Below are positions 30,934 through 42,230 of a stretch of DNA of 64,000 nucleotides, one piece after another; the stretch's first letter is position 1, and every line of letters starts with the position of its first letter. The position numbers and the translations under genes were made by a program. Below the pieces are notes generated by a model. That model ran no database searches. It was not told where the DNA came from and worked only from the letters and a program-made list of their open reading frames with translations. This DNA comes from an uncultured Spirochaetota bacterium. Lineage in GTDB: Bacteria > Spirochaetota > Brevinematia > Brevinematales > JAOACQ01. The stretch is taken from positions 160,001-224,000 of the forward strand of contig CAWAOD010000010.1 of NCBI GenBank assembly GCA_963783575.1. Reading direction: 5' to 3'.

Positions 30934-32016
30934 TTATTTAGATTTTAACGCAGGTTTATTTGTATTAATAATATTAGTATTTACCGGCTGCTTATTTGTA
31001 TTAACAGTATTAGTAGCTATAGTTTTCAAAGACTGCGTACTTGTATTTGTGTTGCTTTTTCCCAGATTTTCAACATCGATTCCCATATTCTGTAAGGCTT
31101 TTTTAGATTCTTTTACAACAGTCAGGTCCGGATCATAAAGGGCTTTGTATGTCAGAATTTCGGCAGAAGTATTGTTTTTAAGAATTCCCAGCGCTTTCAC
31201 GGCTTCTAAGCGGATTCTTACATTGTCAACTTTTGTAAATCCGATTAGTTTTTGAAGAACCGCATCTCCACTTAAATATCCGAACCCGGCAATTGACCAG
31301 AGACGTATATTTAAATCCTCATTTTCATTTTCAACAAAAGGTGATAATATAATTAGCGCCTGAGGATCGCCTGTTTTTCCTATTGCATAAGCCGAGTACA
31401 TCCTTACTTCCTTAATTTCGCCGGTATTCTGCAGAAGGGATTGTAAAACCGGGATATACTTAACTTCTCCTATATCTCCAAGGGCTATAGCCGAAGCTCC
31501 TCGTAATTCGGCCGGATTGTCGGTATTGGTCAGCGAACCAAGTATTATGTCTCCAGCAGGTTTATACCCGATATTGCCGAGTGTCCGAATTATTGTAGCC
31601 GTAAGAGCTGTTTCTTTCGGATTCTTAACCTTATTTGTTAGAATATCAAATAATTTTGGTCCGGCTGTTTTGATACCAAGTTCACTGATACCGAAAACAA
31701 TCCTTCTCAAGACATCCGAATTACTTTCGGAAGATAATACTGAAAGCCAGGATGACTCATTACTAACCTTTAAACTTATAAGCGTATAAGCTGCTTCCCC
31801 TCGAATATCAGGGTTCGGATCATTTTTCAAAGCATCTTCAATAAAACTATATGCATCGGTGACTTTATTATCTTCAATCGATTTTATAACTCCCGATCTC
31901 TGGGACGAAATACCATATTTCATTGTTTTTTGCCAGTATTCCAGGGTCTTTTGATCTGTGGAATAGATAAAAGTAATCAGGCAAGTCAGAAAAATAAATA
32001 TAAGCCATTTTCTCAT
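30934..32016 (-). CDS. Exported HEAT-repeat protein
   Basis: Signal peptide, repeated IRGEAAYTL / LRGASAIALG / IRLEAVKALG units, Thr/Asn-rich tail. Confidence 0.88.
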   Translation of the reverse strand: MRKWLIFIFLTCLITFIYSTDQKTLEYWQKTMKYGISSQRSGVIKSIEDNKVTDAYSFIEDALKNDPNPDIRGEAAYTLISLKVSNESSWLSVLSSESNSDVLRRIVFGISELGIKTAGPKLFDILTNKVKNPKETALTATIIRTLGNIGYKPAGDIILGSLTNTDNPAELRGASAIALGDIGEVKYIPVLQSLLQNTGEIKEVRMYSAYAIGKTGDPQALIILSPFVENENEDLNIRLWSIAGFGYLSGDAVLQKLIGFTKVDNVRIRLEAVKALGILKNNTSAEILTYKALYDPDLTVVKESKKALQNMGIDVENLGKSNTNTSTQSLKTIATNTVNTNKQPVNTNIINTNKPALKSK

Positions 32017-32113
32017 ACTTAGAATCTCCTTTGTTTATTCTTTCGCTGTTTTAAGGATCGGAAAAAATTAATAAACAATAAATATTTGATGTAAGCATTA
32101 TGATTGCTTATAA

Positions 32114-34183
<2,070 letters not shown>

Positions 34184-34195
34184 ACGGAGTTTTTT

Positions 34196-34897
34196 ATGCA
34201 CTTAACCGCCGTTACTATATTAAAAGAAAATTTTCCTGCTAATAATGTCTATCCATTCAATCTTGAAATTTTCCACAAAAGCAGGCATCTTGATTTTCAG
34301 GCTCCGGTTACTTTTTTTGTCGGAGAGAACGGCACAGGTAAATCAACATTACTCTATGCAATTGCCAAAAGATGCAAAATAAACATATGGAAAGATATTG
34401 ACGGACGGCGTTTTCAAAACAACCCTTATGAAGAAAGATTTTATCAGTATGTGGAAGCGAAATGGAGTAATGACCCAGTTCCAGGATCATATTTCTCTTC
34501 TGATATATTCAGGGACTTTTCAAGGTTCCTTGATGATTGGGCTGCATCCGACCCCGGCATCCTCGAGTGTTACGGAGGCAAATCGCTGATTACGCAATCT
34601 CATGGGCAATCACTTATGACTTATTTTAACACAAGGTATAAAATCAGGGGCTTATACTTTCTGGATGAGCCTGAAACCGCGCTGTCGCCGGCCCGCCAGT
34701 TCGAACTTCTCAAAGTCATACAGAGTGAAAGTAAAGCCGGCCATGCGCAGTTTATTATAGCTACACATTCTCCGATATTGATATCATGCCCCGGCGCATT
34801 GATCTACAATTTTAATTCAATGCCGATACAAAAAGTCAATTATAAAAATACCGATCTATTCAGAATGTACCGGTCTTTTTTTCAATCGATGGAATAA
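34196..34897 (+). CDS. AAA-family predicted ATPase
   Basis: GENGTGKST, SHGQS, FLDEPETALSP, ATHSP. Confidence 0.88.
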   Translation: MHLTAVTILKENFPANNVYPFNLEIFHKSRHLDFQAPVTFFVGENGTGKSTLLYAIAKRCKINIWKDIDGRRFQNNPYEERFYQYVEAKWSNDPVPGSYFSSDIFRDFSRFLDDWAASDPGILECYGGKSLITQSHGQSLMTYFNTRYKIRGLYFLDEPETALSPARQFELLKVIQSESKAGHAQFIIATHSPILISCPGALIYNFNSMPIQKVNYKNTDLFRMYRSFFQSME

Positions 34898-34924
34898 ATG
34901 GTTTATTGATAATTTCCCAATCTT

Positions 34925-35467
34925 CTACAAAAATCTTTCTTTCAATTGGCTTATCAAATTGGAATATTTTTCATGAATCATATTCCTGTCAAAATCCTCA
35001 TATTTTTTCAGCAGAATATCCAGTTCTGCCTGGCTGAAATACTTTTCAGTATCCGGGAAAAAGCTTGCATCTTCTTTTTTAATATGCCTGGGATAGAATT
35101 CTATAAGCCATTTCAACTTTTGAATAATAATATCAAATTCATCCTTTGCACCCTTCAGGTATTTTTCATTCGATTCAACCAATTCCCTGACGGTTTTTCT
35201 TGCTTTTTTATGATCTTCTATAAGTTCAAGCATCATTTTCATATCAGGTGCCGAGATATTTTTTTTCTCAAGTTCCTTGAATAAAATATCCTCTTCTTTT
35301 CCATGATGAGTTCTGTCAGCATAAGTCCTTATGAAATCAACCGCCGAATCAATGAATAAAGAATCGATTTTACTTTCATTCAATGACTTTTTAATCTCTA
35401 GGTCAATCAAAGCCAGCATTTTTTCAATTAAACGGTGTTCGATCATCAATAATCCTCTTGGTTTCAT
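34925..35467 (-). CDS. Hemerythrin-domain protein
   Basis: EHRLI, HHGKEEDILF, EDH and HIKKED metal-ligand pattern. Confidence 0.88.
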   Translation of the reverse strand: MKPRGLLMIEHRLIEKMLALIDLEIKKSLNESKIDSLFIDSAVDFIRTYADRTHHGKEEDILFKELEKKNISAPDMKMMLELIEDHKKARKTVRELVESNEKYLKGAKDEFDIIIQKLKWLIEFYPRHIKKEDASFFPDTEKYFSQAELDILLKKYEDFDRNMIHEKYSNLISQLKERFL

Positions 35468-35518
35468 AAAATCCTCCGATTTATATTTCCGAAATTTTGA
35501 AATATCGCATAAAAATTT

Positions 35519-35995
35519 TCAAATACTCTTTTCCATTCTATAATTAGTTAATGAAATTCCTCTTATTTCAACCCTTTGTTCTTTAATTAATGTAAAACCA
35601 TGTTTTTCGAAAAAATAAATAGCCGTTTTACTGACTTCAGCATAAATTTTCTTTAATTTTAACATTCCTGCTTTATTTTCAATTGTTTTCAATAATAATT
35701 TCCCGGCTCCCCTATTCTGATATTTAAAATGAACATAAAAACAATCAATATGCCCATTCTGTTCGAATTCAGCAAAGCCTATTATTTTATCAATATCCAG
35801 GACAACCAGAGGCTTTTTTATTCTTAAACGGTTTAACCAATTTTCATAATCTATTTGAACAGGCGCCCAGGCATCAATTTGCTTTTCATCGTAATCTTTA
35901 GAATTGATCTTACGCACTGTCCAGGTAAATAATTCGGCTATTTCAAATGTATCCTGTTCTTTATAATCTCTGATTATATAATCACGAATTATCAT
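35519..35995 (-). CDS. GNAT acetyltransferase (YafP-like)
   Basis: GHIDCFYVH...QNRGAGKLLL, FFEKHGF. Confidence 0.88.
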   Translation of the reverse strand: MIIRDYIIRDYKEQDTFEIAELFTWTVRKINSKDYDEKQIDAWAPVQIDYENWLNRLRIKKPLVVLDIDKIIGFAEFEQNGHIDCFYVHFKYQNRGAGKLLLKTIENKAGMLKLKKIYAEVSKTAIYFFEKHGFTLIKEQRVEIRGISLTNYRMEKSI

Positions 35996-36049
35996 TAAAT
36001 CTCCTCTAATCCATAAAGATAAATCAATGGGTTTCCGTTCAAGCTCTAA

Positions 36050-36880
36050 TCAGTCTTTTCCGTAATCCATTTTTAAAAGACCGGCTATTATTCTGTCCAT
36101 AAGTCTTTTAGGAAGATATACCGGCGCGTAATTGGAAAGATTCTTTTTTGCTATGATATACCTGGGCTTAGGATTTTTCTTAAGCATAATCTTGAGGATC
36201 ATTTCCGCGGCAAGGTCCGGATCCAGCCCGTAGTTTCCGCCGTCAATAATCGTGTCTCTTAGCGCTGTCATGCTTTTCATATATTTCTCATCTATAAAAG
36301 AACTGTCCTGTTCTTTTCCTTTATTCCAGATCGGAGTGGCAATACCGCCGGGTTCAAGAATTACAGTTCTTATTCCGAAGGGCTTCAATTCCCTGCGCAG
36401 AGATTCTCCGAAACCTTCGATGGCAAATTTTGAAGCGGTATATGGAGAGAGGAACGGAAGCGCCACTCGTCCGCCAGTCGATCCAATCAAATAAATCCCG
36501 CCTTTGCTTTCGATAAGCAATGGTATGAGTTTCTGGATCAGCGAGAAAGCACCGAAAAAATTCACCTCGAGAACTTCCCTGACCAATTTCATCGGAATGT
36601 TTTCAACCGGTCCTCCAAGAGCAATACCGGCATTGCTTACCAGACCATATAAAACATAATCATATCCGCATAGTTTTTTTACAAATGACGCAAATTCTGA
36701 TATTTCCCCCTCATTTCTCAAATCCATTTTTTGGGCAAAAATTTCATTTTCCCCGGTAAAAGGATTTTCATTCAGGTAAGAAATTGCCATAGAATAACCC
36801 TTATTATGAAGTATTTTACAGATACTCTTGCCGATACCCGAATCGCATCCGGTAATAACGATCAGTCTCTTTTTTTCCAT
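36050..36880 (-). CDS. Short-chain dehydrogenase/reductase
   Basis: TGCDSGIG, NAG, YTASK catalytic motif. Confidence 0.93.
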   Translation of the reverse strand: MEKKRLIVITGCDSGIGKSICKILHNKGYSMAISYLNENPFTGENEIFAQKMDLRNEGEISEFASFVKKLCGYDYVLYGLVSNAGIALGGPVENIPMKLVREVLEVNFFGAFSLIQKLIPLLIESKGGIYLIGSTGGRVALPFLSPYTASKFAIEGFGESLRRELKPFGIRTVILEPGGIATPIWNKGKEQDSSFIDEKYMKSMTALRDTIIDGGNYGLDPDLAAEMILKIMLKKNPKPRYIIAKKNLSNYAPVYLPKRLMDRIIAGLLKMDYGKD

Positions 36881-37114
36881 CTCAGTCTCCTTAAATTTAT
36901 ATTAAAGAAATCGATAATTAGAAAATGTTAAGCATAGCCGGCAAAAACGGCAAATTATTATTTTACAATTTTAATCCAATAGGGTTGAAAATCTTCATTG
37001 ATTGTATATTTTAGATAATAACTTGATTTATTCAAAATAAATGATTAGTTTAAAAACAAATTTAAATGCATGTTTTAAAATTGATTTAATATTTTATAAA
37101 AACAGGAGGCCAAT

Positions 37115-37522
37115 ATGAATTTTTTTGCAGGTATGAACTGGCTGGCGATTGTTGTATCGGCTTTCGTTTACTTTATCATCGGAGCAATATGGTACAGCAA
37201 CGTCCTTTTCGCTAAAGAATGGGTTAAACAATCGGGAGTCACAATGGGCGGCGGGAAGTCAATGCCGGTTATGCCTATGATCGGGCAATTTATAGGCAGC
37301 TTGATTTATACAATAGGCATTGCCGCAACAATCAAGCTGATGAATGGAAGCGGCGCCTTAACCGGTCTTGCAACAGGATTGTTTGTGACTGTTTTGTTCG
37401 CCCTTCCGATCAACTTATCAACCTGGTTTTTCAAAAGCAAACCGGTTCTATTTTTTATAGAATGGGGATATCAGGGAATCGGCGCGGTAATAATCGGTAT
37501 CATCCTGGGAATCTGGAAATAA
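37115..37522 (+). CDS. DUF1761-like membrane protein
   Basis: NWLAIVVSA...IGAIWYS..LFAKEW pattern, four TM segments. Confidence 0.75.
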   Translation: MNFFAGMNWLAIVVSAFVYFIIGAIWYSNVLFAKEWVKQSGVTMGGGKSMPVMPMIGQFIGSLIYTIGIAATIKLMNGSGALTGLATGLFVTVLFALPINLSTWFFKSKPVLFFIEWGYQGIGAVIIGIILGIWK

Positions 37523-37603
37523 TATATTCGAAATACAAATTAATCTTTAATAAATCGAAATGATTCAAACATTTTAAATAATTAAATTATAAGGAGTAAT
37601 TTT

Positions 37604-38068
37604 ATGAAAGGAAACACGAAACTGATCGAAACTTTAAATTCTCTGCTTGCCGATGAGTTGTCCGCAATTAACCAGTATATTGTGCATGCAGAGATCGCTG
37701 AAAACTGGGGCTATAAAAAGCTTCATGATCATTTTGAAAAACGCGCCATTGATGAAATGCGCCATGCCGAGAAGCTTATAGGAAGAATAATTTTCTTGGA
37801 GGGAATTCCCATCGTTTCGGAATACCGGAAAATAACTATAGGTTCCGAAGTTCCCAAACAGCTTGAAAACGATCATACTCTTGAAGACGGCGCCGTAAAA
37901 GCTTATAATGAAGCCATTAAATTGGCCGGCGAAGTTTTGGATTATGCTACACGTGAAATCCTTGAGTCAATTCTGAATGATGAAGACCGGCATATTGACG
38001 ATATTGAGAACCTTCAGGATCAGATAGGACAAATGGGCCTTCCTGTTTTCTTATCGATTCAAATTTGA
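37604..38068 (+). CDS. bfr: Bacterioferritin
   Basis: MKG start, ELSAINQY, DEMRHA (heme Met), DEDRHID. Confidence 0.95.
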   Translation: MKGNTKLIETLNSLLADELSAINQYIVHAEIAENWGYKKLHDHFEKRAIDEMRHAEKLIGRIIFLEGIPIVSEYRKITIGSEVPKQLENDHTLEDGAVKAYNEAIKLAGEVLDYATREILESILNDEDRHIDDIENLQDQIGQMGLPVFLSIQI

Positions 38069-38073
38069 ATTGT

Positions 38074-39300
38074 TTAAATTTTTTTCTTGAGATTATTTAT
38101 TACTTCCATTAATTCGGCGCATACTATTTCAACTTCTTCCAGGGTCATCTTCGAAAAAAGCGGAAGGGTTATTTCATTGCTGTAGGCTATATATGAATTT
38201 TGATAATCCCTGATTTTATACCCGAGTTTTGTATAAGCCGGATGCATTACTATAGGAATATAATGGACATTCAAAGCGATTTTCCTTTCGGACATTTTAT
38301 CGATTATAACGTCTCTGAAATGTTCATCGGCATTTCTGATCCGTACAGGAAAAAGGTGGTATGATAAAATCCTGTCTTCCCCGTTAAACGGCGGAAGAGT
38401 AATTTCCTCATTATCCAGAAGCTTCAGGTACGTTTCATAAATTATTTTACGTTTGGGGAGTATTTCCGCATCATATCTCTTTAATTGCGCGATTCCCATT
38501 GCGGCCTGTATATCGGTCATATTGAATTTATAGCCCAGAAGATCAATGGAATACCTCCAGCTTCCGGCCTGCACTTTTGATAATGCGTCCTTATTCTGCC
38601 CGTGAAGCGATAAAAGCTGAAACTTTTTATAGCAGTCTTCAGCGGATAGACCATCAAACGAATTGAATACAACGGCCCCGCCTTCGGCTGTTGTCAGGTT
38701 TTTTACCGCATGAAAGGAAAATACCGAGAAATCGGCCAGCCCTCCGGATTTTATGCCTTTATAGGAAGCCCCGAAGGAATGCGCGCAATCCGCAAGAATT
38801 ACAGGCTTCTCAAAAAACTCCTGCAAGGTACCTTTTTTAGGTTTGTACTTTTTTTTATTCCTGACTAAAATTTCATGGATTTCGTCATAATCGCAGGGAT
38901 ATCCGCCTACATCCACAGGTATAACGGCCTTTGTTTTTTTTGTTATGGCTTTTTCAATTGAAGATGGATCGATATTGAATTCATCTTTCTTAATATCCGC
39001 AAAAACCGGTTTAGCGCCTGTATGCAGAATCACATTTGCCGTGGCGGAATAAGAGTATGGGGTCGTGATAACCTCATCGCCAGGGCCGATATCCAGAAGC
39101 CTTAAAACCAGTTCAAGACCGGCTGTCGCTGAATTTAAACAAACAGCGGTTTCGGTATTACAGTAACCGGCAATCTGCCGCTCAAAAGTTTTTGTTTTCG
39201 GGCCGGTGGTTATCCAGCCTGATTTGAGAGTGTCGACAACTTCGTCAATTTCAAGCTGCGTGATATCCGGCGGCGAGAATGGAATTGCTTTGTAAGACAT
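38074..39300 (-). CDS. DegT/DnrJ/EryC1 PLP sugar aminotransferase (PglE-like)
   Basis: SGWITTGPK, DCAHSFG, FSFHAVKNLTTAEGG, GYKFNMTDI. Confidence 0.93.
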   Translation of the reverse strand: MSYKAIPFSPPDITQLEIDEVVDTLKSGWITTGPKTKTFERQIAGYCNTETAVCLNSATAGLELVLRLLDIGPGDEVITTPYSYSATANVILHTGAKPVFADIKKDEFNIDPSSIEKAITKKTKAVIPVDVGGYPCDYDEIHEILVRNKKKYKPKKGTLQEFFEKPVILADCAHSFGASYKGIKSGGLADFSVFSFHAVKNLTTAEGGAVVFNSFDGLSAEDCYKKFQLLSLHGQNKDALSKVQAGSWRYSIDLLGYKFNMTDIQAAMGIAQLKRYDAEILPKRKIIYETYLKLLDNEEITLPPFNGEDRILSYHLFPVRIRNADEHFRDVIIDKMSERKIALNVHYIPIVMHPAYTKLGYKIRDYQNSYIAYSNEITLPLFSKMTLEEVEIVCAELMEVINNLKKKI

Positions 39301-40724
39301 TGTGAAAAATCTCCCCGATATTCATTTAAATGTTTTTTAATGGCCTTTTTTATAAGACCGGGATCATAAGTATTAACCGCTTCATTTAAATCCCGGAAAA
39401 TATTTTTTATTTCCTGCATACTTAATAATTCAGAATCCTCCATGGAAATGAAAAGTTTTTCATATTCCGAGGGGGTAAGGTTATCTTTTGAGTAAATAAG
39501 CTCTTCATGCATTTTCTCACCTTTTCTCAAGCCTGTGAAATTTATAATTATTTCATCTTCATTGTAGCCGTATAATTTTATAAGATTTTTTGCAAGATCA
39601 AGAATCTTAACCGGCTGACCCATGTCCAGAACGAAAATCCTTCCACGGTCCAGGGCGCCCGCTTTGATAACAAGCCTTGCCGCCTCCGGAATTGACATAA
39701 AATACCGGGTTATTTCGGGATGAGTTATTGTTACCGGGCCTCCGTTCTCAATCTGCTGAGTAAATACCGGAATAACACTGCCCCTCGATCCAAGGACATT
39801 GCCGAACCTTGTGACAGAAAATTCGGTGTTTTTCTGTATCCGGTTCAGGGACATTATAATCTTTTCAGCAATTCTTTTCGTGGCTCCCATTACGGATGAC
39901 GGATTCACGGCTTTATCCGTTGAAATAAAAACAAAATTACTTGCATGGTTCTCTATAGCGGCAATGGCAATGTTGTAAGTACCTACCACATTTGTTTTCA
40001 CAGCCTCATCCGGGTAATCCTCCATCAGCGGGACATGCTTATGAGCAGCGGCATGGAAAATGATATCCGGCTTATATCTTCCGATTTCATGCATCAATTT
40101 CGGTAAATCCCTGACATCACCTATGCAGTATGAAAATCTTTTATCATTTCCCAACGTGGTTATTAAAGAATGAATCGAATTTTCACCATGCCCGAAAGCA
40201 ATAACCTTCTTTATGGGAAGTTTTAGTATTTGCCTGAAAATCTCCTGGCCGATAGAGCCTCCGGCTCCCGAAACGAATATGGTTTTATCCTTGTAAAAAG
40301 GCGATATTTTTTCGCTGTCAAAACCGACCTCTTCCCTTCCCAATAAGTCCTGCGGTTTTATCTGCCGTATCTGGTTGAAATTTACTTTGCCTTCAATAAT
40401 CTCATAAATACCCGGCACGATTTTAACAGGAACCATACAGCCGGCGAGAATGGATACAATTCTCCGGATAACATCGCTGCCGGCGGAAGGAATAGCAATA
40501 ATGACCTCATTAATATTATTACGCTGTATTACTCCTGGAATTTCATCAATTTTACCAAGAACAGGTATTAATGCTGAATTGACAGAAACACCGCCTTTCT
40601 TTGCCGGGTCATCGTCTATAAAGCCGGAAATATGGTATTTTGCGGATATATTTTGTTTATGAAGAACTTCAAGAGCAACCATTATTCCAGCGCTTCCGGC
40701 GCCGATAATCAAGAGATTTTTCAT
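39210..40724 (-). CDS. Nucleoside-diphosphate sugar 4,6-dehydratase (CapD/PglF-like), no N-terminal TM domain
   Basis: GAGGSIG, HAAAHKHVP, STDKAVNP, RFGNVLGSRGSV. Confidence 0.93.
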   Translation of the reverse strand: MKNLLIIGAGSAGIMVALEVLHKQNISAKYHISGFIDDDPAKKGGVSVNSALIPVLGKIDEIPGVIQRNNINEVIIAIPSAGSDVIRRIVSILAGCMVPVKIVPGIYEIIEGKVNFNQIRQIKPQDLLGREEVGFDSEKISPFYKDKTIFVSGAGGSIGQEIFRQILKLPIKKVIAFGHGENSIHSLITTLGNDKRFSYCIGDVRDLPKLMHEIGRYKPDIIFHAAAHKHVPLMEDYPDEAVKTNVVGTYNIAIAAIENHASNFVFISTDKAVNPSSVMGATKRIAEKIIMSLNRIQKNTEFSVTRFGNVLGSRGSVIPVFTQQIENGGPVTITHPEITRYFMSIPEAARLVIKAGALDRGRIFVLDMGQPVKILDLAKNLIKLYGYNEDEIIINFTGLRKGEKMHEELIYSKDNLTPSEYEKLFISMEDSELLSMQEIKNIFRDLNEAVNTYDPGLIKKAIKKHLNEYRGDFSQCLTKQFHSRRRISRSLKLTKLSTLSNQAG

Positions 40725-40848
40725 AATATCTCCAAAGGAATCTGTCTTTATTCATATGATTCCATATCTAAATATATCGGTTTTATTTTTTTTTGAATTA
40801 TCTGAAAGGGAAAAAGAATTTTTGCCAGAAGCCGGCAATGGGGCTTTA

Positions 40849-41131
40849 TTACTTTTTCTTTGGCGCCAAAGAAAAAGTAATCAAAAAGAAAGCGCCCTCC
40901 GCAGTTTCCATAGCGTAGACATCTTTTGTTTAAAGTTGCATTATCCAATTTAATTTTCAATTCCTTTTTTCTTAAATAGCGGCTCATTAAAACATCCTGT
41001 TTTGATTCACCGCTGACGCGCGTCCTGCGCTTTCCATCTTTACAATTCTATATAATAAAAGCAGATAATGCGCTTTTCAACATAGCAAGATTGATTCCTT
41101 TATCTTAAGATCACCGGGAAACTGCTGAGGG
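40849..41131. repeat. Non-coding composite palindromic element (MITE/REP-like)
   Basis: 32-bp perfect palindrome 40849-40880, a 15-bp IR pair 40895-40909 / 41117-41131 (14/15) and nested stems. Confidence 0.7.
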
Positions 41132-41250
41132 AAATGAATGATTTTAAGATTTATTTAAGGATAATTTTTTAGAAGTTCAGTTAAAGAAAAACTGTTTTTA
41201 TACTAATATTTCAACCTAAATAACTCAATCGGAAATGGCGCTAATGTACA

Positions 41251-41279
41251 TTGACAGATTAATTTATTTTTGCTAAGAT
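41251..41279 (+). promoter_or_regulatory. sigma70 promoter for the island ORF
   Basis: TTGACA-17 nt-TAAGAT. Confidence 0.55.
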
Positions 41280-41365
41280 GATCTATAGTTTAAAATAATA
41301 TTCTTAGTTAAATTTGTAAATCATAAATTAAAAAACATAATATTAATCATTGAGGATAAAATTCT

Positions 41366-42133
41366 ATGGAGAAACAAAATTTTTCAAAATTATCAGATGC
41401 ATTAACATATATCAATCTTAGAAAAGATAATATTTATATCGAAGGAGATGGTCCTGATTTATTATCTTATCATTCTATAGATCCGGATCCCAAACCCTTT
41501 ATAATCCAGGCAAGAAAAGATTTGATTAATGCTAATAATAGTGAATATTTTAATTCAATTCTTAATTCCAGGAGGGCTGTCCGCGCTCAAGTAGATCGAA
41601 TATTGAATAGTTTGGGTTTTGAAGCCAAAAAAATGAATATTAAGAAAAAAATACAATTACTAAGACAATTGGGTTTGCCCTCTCCGAATATTTTAAAACG
41701 TATTGATGAACCAAGGAATAATCTTGAACATAATTATGTTATTCCAAAAAAAGAAGATGTTGAGGACGCACTGGATATTGCGGAATTGTTTCTTGAAGCA
41801 ACAAGCAGAGGATTAAATCCAATTGAAACTAGAATATATATAAAAGTAAAAGATGATAAAAAGAAAACAAAAATTAAAAAGAGGATGCTTATGGAATATG
41901 AACTTGGAGAAAAGTTTATTGATATTGATGTGGATCAGATTTATAAACTTTTTTCCATAAAAGATTACTGGAAACATGCTAAAGATCATATTTGTTTTTT
42001 TAAATCAAAAATATATAGTTCTGATAATTTATATATACCTATACTGAGATTAATGATTGTATTTGATAAAGGAGATAATGACTTAGAAAATACTGTAGTT
42101 AAAGAATTAATTGATAAGATATATCAAGATTAA
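41366..42133 (+). CDS. Hypothetical protein with HEPN-like RxxxxH motif
   Basis: Helical pattern NSRRAVRAQVDRIL...PRNNLEHNY...EDALDIAELF. GAGG RBS. Confidence 0.6.
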   Translation: MEKQNFSKLSDALTYINLRKDNIYIEGDGPDLLSYHSIDPDPKPFIIQARKDLINANNSEYFNSILNSRRAVRAQVDRILNSLGFEAKKMNIKKKIQLLRQLGLPSPNILKRIDEPRNNLEHNYVIPKKEDVEDALDIAELFLEATSRGLNPIETRIYIKVKDDKKKTKIKKRMLMEYELGEKFIDIDVDQIYKLFSIKDYWKHAKDHICFFKSKIYSSDNLYIPILRLMIVFDKGDNDLENTVVKELIDKIYQD

Positions 42134-42230
42134 TCTTATATTTCACTTGAATCCGATTTTATGATACAATAAATTAAGAATTTTCATCCAACGTACATTT
42201 AATAAATCTCTGGAAATTGGGAGTACCGGT

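Noticed and set aside
39210..39300. 91-nt overlap of the pglF-like and pglE-like genes as a special mechanism
   Set aside because: Most simply a non-conserved C-terminal run-on from a lost stop or an indel.
40748..40987. 79-aa and 65-aa ORFs in the ORF track
   Set aside because: They fall within the palindromic non-coding element and have no RBS or protein-like features.
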